Assembly (NCBI GenBank): GCA_964016885.1
Contig: OZ024747.1
Location: 93,248,001-93,312,000 of the forward strand
Length of the DNA stretch: 64,000 nucleotides
Direction of reading: 5' to 3'
DNA from: Eledone cirrhosa
Lineage: Eukaryota
Position 1 is the stretch's first letter, and every line of letters begins with the position of its first letter. The position numbers were made by a program, and so were the translations under genes. Positions 1-13,307 of this stretch are shown here, one piece after another. The notes beneath the pieces were generated by a model, which had not been told where the DNA came from, did not search any database, and saw only the letters and a program-made list of their open reading frames with translations.

Positions 1-300
1 AGTCACAGTGTATTATTAATTCAATTACTCATCCCCAGGAAACAGAATTGCATCACCTCTGCTCTAATCCTAAATCAATAGTAGATAACTCCCAACTAAA
101 AGATTGAAAAATGCTCACGCATCCTATCTCTAAAACTTCAACTATAGAGCCCACATTTACATTCAATATAGGTAAAATAGGTTGAAACCAATATGTAGTC
201 CCAAACAGTAATATACCCTTTATTAGGTATAGTAGATATTCTTCAGTCAACAACATCTTATTTTGTATTTGTTTTGTTGTATATAGTATAGGTATTAGTT

Positions 301-526
301 TTAACCCTTTAGCCTTTACATTACTCTATATTTACTAATGTATTTTCACAGTAAAGGTTTTATCTTACATAATTATCTCACATAATACTGAATCTATGAG
401 ATTTTGATATTTATTTTGTGAAGAATACCGTAACATCAGTGTGAGTGGCCGGTTATAGCTGGTTTGAACAGAAAGAAGTGAAGGAATTGTGGCTGGTTAC
501 GGCCAGTTTAAATGCTAAAAGGTTAT
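301..526. mobile_element. piggyBac-type MITE family M1 (~220 bp, TTAA TSD, TIR CCCTTTAGCATTTA)
   Basis: TTAA-ccctttagc...aatgctaaaagg-TTAT; ten related copies in the window. Confidence 0.85.
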
Positions 527-535
527 GTGATGATA

Positions 536-877
536 GATCCTCAGTTGGTTTCTAGGATGAACATTTAGTCCTTTGATCAACTAAACATCCAACTCTTGAA
601 TTAACTACTAGATAGTTGAGTACAGTCACATGTACCCTTAACATAATTCACAGGCAGAATTAACATGACACAATATGTAACAAGGCTAGGCCATTGGAAT
701 ACAAGTAAAATACATTCAATGGATTTTCATACTGTTTCCATCTAACCAATTTCATTCACAACGCTTGGTCCATCTTGAGGCTATGATAAAGACACTTGTT
801 GAAGATGCCATGCAGTAGAATCAAACCTGGAACCTTATGATTGTGAAATGAAGTGTTTAACCACTCAGCCATGTCTG
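536..877 (-). mobile_element. Older tRNA/CORE-type SINE family S3; further copies at ~12536-12850 and ~17735-18262
   Basis: tRNA-like head (revcomp catggctgagtggttaaa...ggtttgattctactgc) and co-linear similarity among three copies. Confidence 0.7.
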
Positions 878-1039
878 TATCTTAGGTTAATTTTAACATA
901 CGCCTCCAAGTAATGAAATTAAACACCCAGTTATATCACTAGTGTTGCTGCTTATTTCTTAGTCTATATGCTAACTATTTTAAGAATAAGAAAAACATTG
1001 AAAGCCTAAATAAAGTTTTAGACTACACTATCTTAGAAA

Positions 1040-1410
1040 GATCTTCGCCCACTTATTCCTGAGAGGGACATGGGGGCAGAGTCCTCAAACACTCCTTCCA
1101 ATAGGTGCTGTCAGAAGCAACCTTCTCCATCTGATCTGGCTGGATCCCAAGCGTGACTAGCCAAGCTCATAGATGTTACCCGACTATCTTACTCGGGGTC
1201 TACCCCTGGGTCTCCTTCCAGTTGGTTTTGCCCGTAAAATCTGTCCAGTGATTCTTTCCTGTGACATTCTAACCACATGCCTATAGTATCAGAGTTGTGA
1301 TTTCTCAATTCGGAGAAGTAGAGGCTCTACCTGGAGTGACCCTCTCATCTCCGAACTACGCTCTTTATCGAGTAACGTTACTCCAAAGACCCTTCAGAGG
1401 AACCCCATTA
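1040..1410 (-). mobile_element. Rex3/Expander-type RTE LINE 3' remnant (small duplicated piece at ~1635-1676)
   Basis: Co-linear similarity to 8540-8895 (ggatcccaagcg, ctgtccag, gacattctaaccacatgcc, agtaacgttactccaaagaccc). Confidence 0.72.
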
Positions 1411-1916
1411 TAAAGTAACAAATAAAACAAAAATTGCACAATTTCTCTTGAGTTTGATCGTCTGTTCAGTGAAAGTGAAGTGCAGCAGGGTTGTGGGGGA
1501 GGAGGAGAAGGGAAGTCAACCCTGCTAAGGCTCCTAGAATTCCTTTCTTCTGCAGTTGGATCAACAAACATGATTTTCTGTTACTTAAAAATAAACATTA
1601 GCTTTATGTCCAGACAATAGTTGTCGATTCTTTCCCCGAGACATTCTAATCACATGCCCATAGTATCAGAGCTGTTATAACCACAAAACCAAAAACTCTG
1701 AACTTAGTATTGGTATTAACTTCAGTGTGGCCTTAACTATTCAAAACAATGTTTTGCAAATTTATGCAAATATATACAAATATGTAATTCATTGAGTAGT
1801 AAACACTCTGGGAATACAACATAATTAGCAATAATTTAAGCTGACTTTTGAAACTACAGTGAAAATAATTTCAATGTAAAATTTAGGTTGAATTTTCAAA
1901 CTATTTCTAGCTCCCA

Positions 1917-2252
1917 TGGAGGCACATGGCTTAGTGGTTAGAGCATTGGCCTTGCAATCGAAAGGTTGTGAGTTCAATTCTCAGACCGGGTGATGTGTTG
2001 TTTCCTTGAGCAAGACACTTTATTTCACATTGCTCCAGTTTACTCAGCTGTAGAAATGAGATGATAGGGACTGGGGTCCATGTCATTCCACTGCAAAGTG
2101 GTCATGGAGGTGCCACAGCAAAAAAGCACCCAGCACTCACTGTAAATGAGGTTGGTGTTAAGAAGGGCATCCAGCTGTAGAAATCAAGCCAGAATCAGTT
2201 CCCGTCCCACCCTTGCAAGCAGGGAAAAAGCGGACGTAAAATGATGATGATG
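1917..2252 (+). mobile_element. Young tRNA-derived CORE-type SINE with RTE-derived tail (family S1)
   Basis: A box tggcttagtgg, B box gagttcaattc, ccttgagcaagacact core, tail shared with the RTE 3'UTR, (ATG)n end; near-identical copies at 28129-28475 and 48551-48899. Confidence 0.9.
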
Positions 2253-3834
2253 TTATATATATATATATATTTGGTCTACAACAATACAGTGAATTAGTAC
2301 ATTAATAACATAAATTACAAAACCTTTACCAGTATCATCTAAATATGTGTATATTTATTTGCACACCACTATTTTCAGATGTTCTCAGCTAAGAATTATG
2401 GTTATTTGTCACTCCCTCCATTTCAAAGATCCACTCTCTTCACCATGTTACTGAAATAGCTTCCTGTTACAGTTAGACTGTAAAAGTTAATGTATTCCAC
2501 CAACCCTCAAATCTGCTCACTCTCTCTACCCCCTTTTTCTCTCTCTCTCTCTCACTCTCGTAATTTATCATAAGACATCAAATACATAAAGCACAAAGGA
2601 AATCTATCTCTTCATTGACAGAGAGGAGTACTTCAGTATAGTCTATGAATTCATTCTTCATGCACAGTACCAACCATTATTGAGAAGAAAAAAAATTCAA
2701 ATGCTATTAACTACTAGATTCAGAGTGATGGTCATATAAGAATATCTACAGTCCCTCTCAAAATATATTAATAATTCCACACATATGCACGTGTGTGTTC
2801 GCATATGTACATGTAATTGCTGAGGAGTGGGGAGGGCAATGTGAGGTTCTATTCTCAATATAGAATTTTTGACAGTGATAAGTGCTAAAAACAGCTACGA
2901 CCTGCCGCCAAGCCAATACCTGGAATAACAAAGCTGCTGAGTGTGTTGGTAATTTAAGGAGACTAGTCTACAACTTAAACCAAAAACTAAAAGTATATAC
3001 AAAAGTGCCTAACACAATTTTAAAGCAGAAATTCAATATATATTTTGGGGAATTATTTTAATGTAAATAAATTAATGAATGAACAGATAAGTAATGAAGT
3101 TGAGTATTTTGATTTAAGTAATACAAAAGTCTCTTTTTAAGTGGTCAAATTTGCTTTTGAAGAAAGAATTTATTGAACATTTAAGTGAGCTTGTATATCT
3201 TTTCCTCCTTTTTCTTGTTTAAATCCAATCTTTCCTGTTTAACCCATTTGTTATATTTCTAATGAAAGACACTGCCTGTTATTTTCACATCATTTTAAAA
3301 ATAATCAAGAGTTTGAAGAGATTTAAGAATATAACTTCATTTTTGTATTTGTTTTACAAGATTCTTGATGTGAAATTTTGTGTTGAAACAAATATTGTTA
3401 GACAGAAAGAGAAGATAAAAGAAAAAGTCAGGGAGGAGCTAGAACTTTACCAAAGTTTCATATCATAGAACTGTTCAGACAGTTTAGTATCAGCAGATTT
3501 TACATGTCAATAAAAACATGACGAACATGTAGCCCTCGAGCCACATGTAAATCTCTTGGGTTCTGTCTAACACAGACAACCTTTTTCACAGACATGGACA
3601 ACCTTTTTCACAGACATGGACAACCTTTTAAGGTGAGCCACACTACTAAAAAATTAAAGGCAATTTTGAAATTAGGCGTGCCATTCAGAAAGCAAAACGG
3701 GCCGCAGTTTGCACATGACTGGTCTGACACTTGATGAATTAGGAAATATGTTTGCTTAGAAAATCAGTTTAATCTTTTAGCATTTTTAGCCTGATGGAGA
3801 GGAGAAAGTGACTGTATGCTTTGTTGGTTAAATA

Positions 3835-3977
3835 AAAACAAAAAGATCGAACTCGTTTGTTAAGTAACAACAAAAAGATCAAACTGGTTTGTTAAGTAAC
3901 AACAAAAAGATCAAACTGGTTTGTTAAGTAACAACAAAAAGATCGAACTGGTTTGTTAAGTAACAGCAAAAAGGTCA
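3835..3977. repeat. Minisatellite, 32-bp unit x ~4
   Basis: aacaacaaaaagatcaaactggtttgttaagt repeated. Confidence 0.9.
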
Positions 3978-4084
3978 ATGTGTTCTTCCCTTTTAGTGAC
4001 AATAAGATGTGATTCGAGTGAGACTGAGTTGTTACTTTTAGTAGGTCAAATAATCTTGATACTACATGGAAGGAAGAGTAATGA

Positions 4085-4247
4085 TTAACTCTTTAGCATT
4101 TACATTACTCTGTATTTACTACTGTATTTTCATGGGAAAGGCTTTACCTCACATAATTATTTTGAGTGGTCGGTTACAGCTGGTTTGAACAGAAAGAGGT
4201 GAAAGAACTCTGGCCGGATATGGCTGGCTTAAATGCTAAAGGGTTAA
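4085..4247. mobile_element. MITE M1 copy with internal deletion
   Basis: TTAA-ctctttagcattta...aaatgctaaaggg-TTAA. Confidence 0.85.
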
Positions 4248-5099
4248 GGTATAAAAACTGAATGGCTATTTCCTTTGTGATAGAGTTGATGGTATGTGAC
4301 AACTGGAAGGAAATGTATGTAATGTAAGTGGTAGAAGGAGGGTGTGATGACAACTGGAAGGAAATATTTGTGATAATGAGGTAGAACTGATTTGAGTATT
4401 GGAACTGATCATTTTTCACCAAAGAGGATTAATAAAATGTTGACATAGGCAAAAACCTGAAACTTCCTAACTGAACATATGGCAACTTAAGCTTAATCAA
4501 ATCACATGGGGGAAAGTCGTGTATTACAGGAAGTATACAGGCAGAGTTGTTAGAGCGTTTCATTAAAGATGCCTGGATATTTGTCCTAGCTCACTGCATT
4601 CTGAGTTCAAATTCTGCTGAGATCAACTTTGCCTTTCATCCATTCAAGGCCAATGAATAAAGTACCAGTCCAATACTTGGGTGAACTCATTCACTCTCTC
4701 AGAAATCAGCTGTGTTCAAGTCTGAGGAAGGAAGTACTCTGCCAAGATATAAAAGACATGCAATGTATCAAAATGACACCCCTATGACTCAAACAGGAGG
4801 TAAGGGGCCTTTACCTTCTTTTTCTTTTATTATAGTCTTGCTGGGCAGTGAATTGGCAGAGTTGTTGAGGCTTCGAAAAGAATGCTTTGTGGTATTTATT
4901 CCAACTGCAATCCGAGTTCAAATTTCACCAAAGTCAATTTATCTTTTTATCTTTTCGGGGTCGATAAATAAAGTAACAGTCCAGAGGCAGTGGTGAAGCA
5001 TCAGGCTAGACAACTTGTTTTGAATCTGTGCATTCTGAACTCAAATTCTGCCAAAAGATTCAAATCTCATCCATTGCTAAGGTTAATCACCTGACCACA

Positions 5100-5460
5100 G
5101 GACTACAGCAGATGATGAAAGCTGCAATGGGTAAAATAGGATTGTAGCTGCCAGCTACTACAGTCAAACTATGAGGATGATGATAGTCTTTCTGCTAGTA
5201 GAGATAATGGAAGAGCAGTGGATAGCAGAATACATATGAATAATGATTACTAGGTGAAGAAGTGCCATGAGTTCCAAATCAAAGGAAACTATGGAAGAGG
5301 AAATCCAAGAAATATGTGGGCAGAGGTAGTGAAAGCTGACCTCAAGAAACTACACCTCACAGAAGTGACAAAGGAAAGAAACAAGTGGAGAGATGCTGTA
5401 CTGTAAAGGACTCGTCTAACCCAGGCAAGCATGGAAAAGAAGATGTAAAACTAATGACAA
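5100..5460 (+). mobile_element. Decayed RTE LINE C-terminus and 3' end
   Basis: Remnants of GRGxPRxxWxEVVKADL and the shared terminal motif cgtctaacccaggcaagcatggaaaagaagatgtaaaa. Confidence 0.6.
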
Positions 5461-6369
5461 CATTTATGTTCATCGTTCAAACTCTACAAAAGTCAACTTT
5501 GCTTTTCCTCCTGAAGACGGTCGGATATGAGGGTTAATGGTGTCAAAATAAAATAAGTACCAATCATAACAGTCAATTTAAATTGACTGTGCTTCCCATT
5601 TAATCTACGGCACTGTGCCATTATCAGAAAACATTTTTGGTGGGTAATGGTGTAATGAGAAGATTATAAAGCATAGGGCCAATCATATGATTAGGATTAC
5701 ATGGGAAAATAATCAAGTCCAAAATGTAAACTAGTGGATAGGTTACAGCAGTGGAAGACACTGAAGGAGAATTAATTGAACAATTAGTTGTCAAGAAGAC
5801 AAGGTTTCAAATTATAAACAGGAAGTTGTTAAGAAAAGATAACCAAAAAATATATATATATAATCTCTTGACTGTGACTTGCTCCTATTTTATCTAATTT
5901 TCAAGTTTTTATATCAATAAATGAGATAAAAGATAAAAAAGAAAACAAGAAAGAGAACAATTAAGATCATAGAGAACTTAATGTTTTATCAAGTGCATGA
6001 TATCACAACAGATTGAGAACTTAGCACTACTTAAGTGAGAGAACAACAGGAATAACTTCACCATTATCACTGGGACTCAGATGTTTTGTGAAAAAGGGGA
6101 AATGGAAAGTAGGGGAAATAGGGGATAGATTGTGGGAGGGCAGGAGATAGAGGGAGAATGAAGTCACAGAGAGAGAAGGGAAAGATAACCAATTCAATCC
6201 AACTATATAACAGGAACATATTTATTGATCCCAAAGACATGAAGGGACATTCTGAGCTTCTTGAGTCTTGAACTGCTAATGTAATGCAATTTAAACTGGT
6301 TCCCGACCATCTATACCTCTACAGTAAATATAATTCCTTACACAGTGACAGATAATCAAGTTGGTACGT

Positions 6370-6570
6370 TTAACTCTTTAGCATTTAAACCGGTCGTATC
6401 CGGCCAGAATTCTCTCAACTCTTTCTGTTCAAACCAGCTGTGACCAGCCACTCATACTCATGTTAAATTATTGTTCTCAAAATGAATATCAAAATTTCAT
6501 AGATTCAATATTATGTGAAATATTTATGTGAGATAAAGCTTTTACCATGTAAATATAATAGTAAATATAA
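6370..6570. mobile_element. MITE M1 copy, reverse orientation, one end lost
   Basis: ttaactctttagcatttaaaccgg start and matching internal sequence. Confidence 0.8.
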
Positions 6571-7631
6571 AAGTCTGAAGACTAGAGTCCTCCAGTTCAC
6601 GTCTAGACAAAGTAAATTCAACACAAAGGATCAAATGAATTTGATGTTTGACATACAGACTGGTAACTGTCAATCTTAAGTTTTAATCCTACCAGATGTT
6701 ATACATTGCAAAAAATAGCACTGCCTCCCGTACAAGGTTTAATACTATGGAAACTGGGATAAGCTCCCAGTCTACTTGACAACTAAATGTATAAAATAAA
6801 ATAAAACAGGATGGTAATAGTATGTGATAAAGATAAATTAATTACAGTATATCTAATTATGTTTTTCTTTTTTTTCTTTTGGAGGTAGGGAGTGTAAAAT
6901 TAGTACTAGTCAAATAATTGTTTCTACTTTTGGCACAAGGCCAGCAATTACCCAGTTCATTACTGGTACTTTATTTTATCGACCCAGTAAGGATGAAAGG
7001 CAAAGTTAAGCTAGTCAAATAATGGGATCGACTTGTTTTGTTGTTGTTCAACTCCAAGTCAGCCCCCATCCAGCAGACTTCTGAATAAAGGTGTTTAAAA
7101 TAGTATCTAAGATTACATTATCCAAGGAGTTTTTCCTTCAAGGCAGCAGTGTGATTTTGGAAAAATTTGATGGTTGTTTCTAGCAGATCAAGTAACCACA
7201 AAAAGGCTTTTTCATTTATTTAATTGTTATTTATAAGAAAAAAAAATAATAGAAATCTAAAGTAAATGCTTTTTAGAATTTGGCTATCCAACATTGCACC
7301 AAAGATTAGGCTGAAGTTAACTCAATCACCCATATCTCAATAACAAAAAGAAGAAAACACTTTATACTTAGTTCAATAATTTTTTTTTTTTTAATCAAAA
7401 TTTTTAAAAAAATTGCCTATTTCTTTTCAGACATGCCATCTGAAACAAGAATAATTGAGAACCATTTAACCTCTTAACGCCCTGTACCGCATGAAACAAG
7501 ACATTCATGAAAAATACAAAACATCACTATGACTGCATCACATTAAAAATGAAAGCCTTTAGCTTACAATATGTGCACTAGTAAGGATATAAACATTTGA
7601 ATTAAACCCATTTTTATATATTTTCTGCTGA

Positions 7632-7667
<36 letters not shown>

Positions 7668-8539
7668 CAGTAATGCACTGGGTAATTGCTGGCCTTGTGC
7701 CTAAAGTAGAAACAATTATTATGGCTCTTTACGTTCTCAGTTCAAACCCTGCCAAGGTTAATTTTGTCTTTCATCCTTATGGGGATCAATGAAATAAAGT
7801 ACCAATAATGCACTGAGGTCGGTTTAATCAACTTTCCCCACCCCTTCAAATTGCTGGCCTTGTGCCTAAAGTAGAAACAATTATTTTATTTGCCCTCATA
7901 ATTCCTATGCAAATATCCCAATTTGCAAAACTGTCGAACATGTAACATAAATAACATGTAAAATCATGAAGAACAAAAAAAGGGAAGAAATACCAACCCT
8001 TTACAATAAGGTATAGATTACAGCTTTGTCAGACAACTTTCACCCCCAGTTCTCTACTATATTTGGTTACTAACACTAGCTCCTCTAGTTTAGTTTTCGT
8101 TGGTTAAGTCAACCATCTTCATAATTGGTGGCACCAATCTAACATCATTCTGCATTCCTCTGAAACACCATGCAATAAAAGAAACAAGCATATTTCTTTA
8201 AGATCCAAAGATGATACTGAGATGCAGAGTCAACAACCAGCCATCACAGACAGACCTCGTCTTAATGACTTGAAAACAAAGAAATAAAACAAAACCCAGA
8301 TGCCAGTCGTTTATTTGTTTCTAGTTTTGAAAAAATATTAAGCAGCATAATGAGAAGTGCAGCTTTCAGCACATCAACATAAGAAGGACATATATGATAT
8401 AGGGTGGAGTGGTAGCATGAAATGTGGGGGGGGGGGGGGGGGGGGGCATGACAAATAATACTAACGGTAACAATATAAAAAGGACATATAAGCTGATGTA
8501 AAATGATATATAGATATTTCAAAATTATTTTTCTGAGAG

Positions 8540-8895
8540 GATTATGGGGGCTGAGTACTCAAACACTCAGAAGCTACCATCTCCAACTGATCCGGCTGGA
8601 TCCCCAAGCGAGACCAGCCAAGCTCATGTATGTTATCCAACCATCTTGCTTGGGGTCTACTTCTGGGTCTCCTACCTGTTGGTCTTGCCTGTAAAATCTG
8701 TCCAGCGATTCTTTCCTGTGACATTCTAACCACATGCCCATAGTATCAGAACTGTGATCTCTCAATTAGGAGAAATAGCAGCTCAACATGGAATGACTCT
8801 GATCTCTGAGCTATGCACTTTATATATATAGTAACATTATATAGTAACGTTACTCCAAAGACCCTTTGGAAGAACCCGATTTCGGCCACTTGTAT
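8540..8895 (-). mobile_element. Rex3/Expander-type RTE LINE 3' remnant
   Basis: Translation ARPTGRRPRSRPQARWLDNIHELGWSRLGI; homologous to 1040-1410. Confidence 0.75.
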
Positions 8896-10536
8896 TTCAA
8901 AATTATTCTATTTGTATTTAGTTTCAGTGAGGGATGTCCAAGTAAAATCACTGATCATAGTCTTTTTAGACTATCTTTAATTGTTCAATTTGATATGACT
9001 GGATAAGGCAAGTACAGCTGATGTGTAACTTGTGTTGAAAAGCAGTTAATAGTTGAAGGGAACATATAAACAAGAAAAGAGTTCTAAATAGCAAATGTTT
9101 GGAAAAGAAAGAATTTTGGAAAAGAAAGAATTTTGGAAAAGTGTTACATCACATAGGTTAAACTTAGTAGGTCCAGAAGAGTAGAGGATGTTGTAGTGGT
9201 TGCAGAAAAAAATGAAAAGACAAGCTAATTGTGTGCCTACAGCTAAGAAGTGATGGTGAACAGTTATTTCTGATGACATCAAGAATGTGTAGATATTTAA
9301 AACAACACTATGACTACATCACATTAAAAATTGAAGTCTTTACTTTAGTTCACTGCAAACTTTCACAACAATCTCTTCACTAGTAAAGATGCAATAAATA
9401 TTTGGAATTAACAGCCTTATTTTCGATATTTTTTGCTAAATCATTACAGAAATGTTAAGAGTTAAATAGAAATGAAGTATACAAGATTAGCAAAGTTGAT
9501 ATAGTGTCAACACATTTATAGGATCAGACATCATAGCAGTAACACTAATAGAAACAGAAGAATATAAATCAAGATAGACATTAGACAGCACATTTCATTC
9601 AAAAGAACTAATTAGATTGGTTGGCCACCTTATAATGTATTTTCTACAGAGACACAAACATAAGTTTTAACAAAATAGCTAAAAGATAACCCTGCATTAT
9701 TTGAAGTACAATCCACTGGTGACACAAATATTCAGTCCACTGAGCTGAGTTAGCAATGAATGAATGAAACATTTATTAGATGAAACAGGCAAATTAAAAT
9801 CTAGATAACAGAGTATGAAACTCAGTGGGTATAATAGACCTAATTTAGTTAATGTCATTAATAAGGATTAAAGCTTCAATGTATTTCTGAAAATGTCTAA
9901 CTAAATGCCATGTATGATACATAATTGGCATTTGTATTGTATAAATATTAAACAGGCTCGATGAAAACAAAAAAAAAAAAAAAAAAAATATAGGTAATGG
10001 AAATTTGACAAAGTATATTCTAATTTTTCATATGGATTTTATGTAAAATTCCTTTATAAATTCAACCCCTTAGTATAGCTTATAAAAAGGTGACAACAAA
10101 AACAGGATTTCATTAGCAGACTATACCATTTGACACAAGACACAAGGATGGAGTCACTACAAGTTTGGAAAGGTCTCGAAAGTCAGACAAGCTGGTATCT
10201 GGCAAGCAGAGCTTCCAGTTATCATTTTCAGGTTAGGAATGAAAAATTTTAAGAGCTACCATATTGAAACTACCAGTAACATTTTGTTCTGCCTCAAAGA
10301 ATTGCAGACCACTTTGGGGTGGGCGAGAGATGTCTTCTCTTATGAAAATGGGTATAGTTTTCATTATGTAAAATCTCTCCATTTTGCCCGATTTCACCCA
10401 GTTTTGGGAGCACTTTTTTCATGGTATTCCCTGTTTCGGTTTTTAGAGGTTGACAGGTCTGGAAATGACTGCAGCCTAATTGCTGGTATTTCATGGCAAA
10501 AAATCAAAATGATATATTAGAAAACAATGAAACTAC

Positions 10537-10620
10537 CTGATCACAGATAAGGTCCCACTTTTTCTCATCGTCGTAACCTTTGAGTACTTTGGCTTTGTCT
10601 GGAGGTAAGTCCATCGACGC
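10537..10620 (-). CDS. FMNL: Internal coding exon of a formin-like (FMNL/FRL) gene, GTPase-binding domain; equivalent to exon 2
   Basis: Reverse complement reads pyrimidine tract + cag|GCG TCG ATG GAC TTA CCT CCA GAC AAA GCC AAA GTA CTC AAA GGT TAC GAC GAT GAG AAA AAG TGG GAC CTT ATC TGT GAT CAG|gtagtt = [28 protein letters not shown]. This is the characteristic FMNL/Frl motif ([27 protein letters not shown]). 84 nt, phase 0/0, canonical AG/GT sites. Too short for the ORF track. Confidence 0.93.
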
Positions 10621-11113
10621 CTGAAAGAGAAAGAAAAATAAAATCATTATTTAAATACAAAAGCAAACAAAATTAAGAAAATAATGATGTTAATTTACAT
10701 ATTGTAAGGTATCTTAGTTTTGTAGTAATTTTGTAGTGCAGTAAGCCAGAGTATTAATAATGTTTTATGAAGTTTATTAGAGAAAAGACAAGGTGAACTT
10801 CATGAGATTAGAATCCAAATTGGTAAAACTGAACAATTGGAAAGATTTGTTTGTTTGTTTTTTAGTCTAAAAAAAGCAGTTACAATTGGGTATCAAACCA
10901 TGACAGAGATACAGCATCAAGAGACCATTCCTAGAAATGATTACATAATGAAAACTATACCCAGGCTTCAAGTCTAAAGGGAGTGAAAATAATGAATTAT
11001 GATTTACTACTTTTACTGACTCTCATAAAACATGAAACACAGACATATACTTATCTAACAACTTAAAGTGTTGATGGCTAGGAGTTTAAATCGAAGCATA
11101 CACATTTAACAAC

Positions 11114-11325
11114 TTAACCTTTAGTATTTAAAATAGCCATATCCAGCCAGAATTCTCTCACCTCTTTCAGTTCAAACTGGCTGTAACTGGCCACTCATAT
11201 GGTTATGGTATTGTTCTCAAAATAAATAATATCAAAATCTCATAGATTCGATATTATGTGAGATAAAACCTTTACCGTAAAAATATAATAGTAAATATAG
11301 AGTAATGTAAATGCTGAAGAGTTAA
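11114..11325. mobile_element. MITE M1 copy, reverse orientation
   Basis: TTAA-flanked, TIRs present. Confidence 0.85.
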
Positions 11326-12863
11326 AGCAGCTTGTATATGATCATAGAAATAGCAGATAATTCTCTCAAGTCACATTCTACAGTTTTAAAAATGGACACA
11401 CTGGATAATGCAGTCTTAGATACACTATGGTTTTATTTTTTAAAATAAAGGATGACCACAGCTGGAATGCCTTTGATAATACTTATATTCAATCAGGGCT
11501 GACTTAAAGCTAAACAAAAACAACACCAACAACAACAACAACCTACTATTTGGTTACAATAACAACTACAAAATATGAAATAAAATCATAAAGAAACCCA
11601 AAATTATTTAGGTGCTAACTAGCGCCTCTGTCTACTAGCAAAGCACTATTTTAATAATCTTATCACCTGCCATAGTAATACTTTTACCAGTGCCCTAAAT
11701 ACTAGAAGGTAATAGTAGCAATTTTAACAATCCCCTTAATAATAGAAAGTAGATAATACAAACCTGGGGGGAAAGGGGGGGGGGGGCTGTTATGATAAAT
11801 TGCCCCAAAATAATTTTAAGAGTCTACCTAGATAGCTACCTCTGCATGCTACTAATTTTGTTTACAAACTAAATATTTCCATGCAGGGACTAATGATATT
11901 TAGAAGAGGAACAGCAGTGAGTAGTTACAAAAAGAAATTTGTTAATAACTGCACAAGCTTAGCAAAAAACAAATTTATGTAAGCTCATAATCTCAAGTAA
12001 ATAGATCTTAGTGTATAGAAGGGTTGGCATAAATTAATATCTTTAAAAGGATTAGTTTATTTTTATTTGGGGAGTGGGGGGTTCCAATCTGTTGACAAAC
12101 AAAATCGACTTTTTTATTATTATTATGTCAAAACTCTGATATGTAGACAAATCTTTTTTAATAACAAACTACCAGAAACAACTGCCTCTAATTCTATAAA
12201 ACAAAACTGTTGGTTTTAAACTATATATTTATCTAAATACTGTCTATCATAATTTTATGTAAGAACCTTTGATCAGTTATATTTCAAACAACACAGTTTA
12301 TTAAATTCCTCCAAATTCTTGTTTATTATCAAAATTATTTGAAAATCATAGGTAGTGTCTTTCATTAGAAATATGGTAACAAATGGAGCTAGAGTCTCTT
12401 CTCCACCCCACTGATGTCCAAGGGAGAAGCAGAAGCCAATACAGCTATGCACCAGTGACAATGCAACTTGTTTCTCCAGCTGAGTGAACTGGAGCAACAT
12501 GAAATAGAGTCAACTACACAGCCCAAGTAAAAAGTCTTCCATTGGTTTCAACAAGTCTTACAGTTGTTAAATCACTGGAATGGCCTACTTGTTAAACTAA
12601 TGTATAAGTGGCAGAGTATTCCAAACATGTACATTTAATGTAAATCTCAGGGAGACTCAGCATGGCACAGCATGTGACAAAGCTGACCTTTTGAATTACA
12701 GATACAGTCCATCCAATCAGTTTCTACACATAAGGCTTAGGTTAACATAAGGCAACGGTAAAAGACATTTGCTCAATATACCATTCAATGACATCAAGCC
12801 TAGAACCTGATAACTCTGAAGTAATCCTCTTAACCATTTATCCATACTGCCCAAGTACTGGAA

Positions 12864-13307
12864 TCTTATATATGATTGGAGGAGAACTGCAAGACTGTGA
12901 CAAGTTTATTATTTTACATCATGTTATTAAAATACGTTAGATTACTTTGAATAAATCATGAATAAATATTATGCTATTTATCTACTAAATTTCTTAGCTC
13001 TTGATTAAACACAAAATAATCTTATATATGATGTATTGCTTAATTCATCATTCAATTCTGTTAAAACTTTCAAATATCAACTTCCGTTGGCGTTCATATA
13101 ACATTATCGTCTTTTTAAAGTGTATAATGGATTACTTTACTGATTACAGAAGAAAGTGGAACAGTTTTTGTTCAATTTATGTGTATATTGTCAATTTACT
13201 TTTCAATTTACGTATCATATCTATATGCATATATATTTGTGTATAATATCAATATGCACACTACATATGCTAGTAGAAAACTGCCCGTGGGGCAATTCTT
13301 CTGCTAG
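12864..13307 (+). mobile_element. Non-autonomous Helitron, family H1
   Basis: A|TC start, subterminal hairpin tgccc-gtg-gggca, CTAG|T end, no TSD; co-linear with the reverse complement of 33801-34336. Confidence 0.75.

Noticed and set aside
1365-1571. 68-aa ORF with a PPPPQP stretch as a possible further formin exon
   Set aside because: No similarity to the expected next FMNL exon; it runs into an RTE remnant and lacks a convincing splice pair
1917-1995. tRNA gene
   Set aside because: A/B boxes belong to a SINE head; no complete cloverleaf or terminator, and it continues into SINE core and tail in all three copies
3835-3977. 32-bp repeats as a CRISPR array
   Set aside because: Directly tandem with no spacers; eukaryotic context; no cas genes
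10304-10461. Possible hAT MITE next to the formin exon
   Set aside because: Only one plausible TIR (gaggttgacaggtctg) and no TSD
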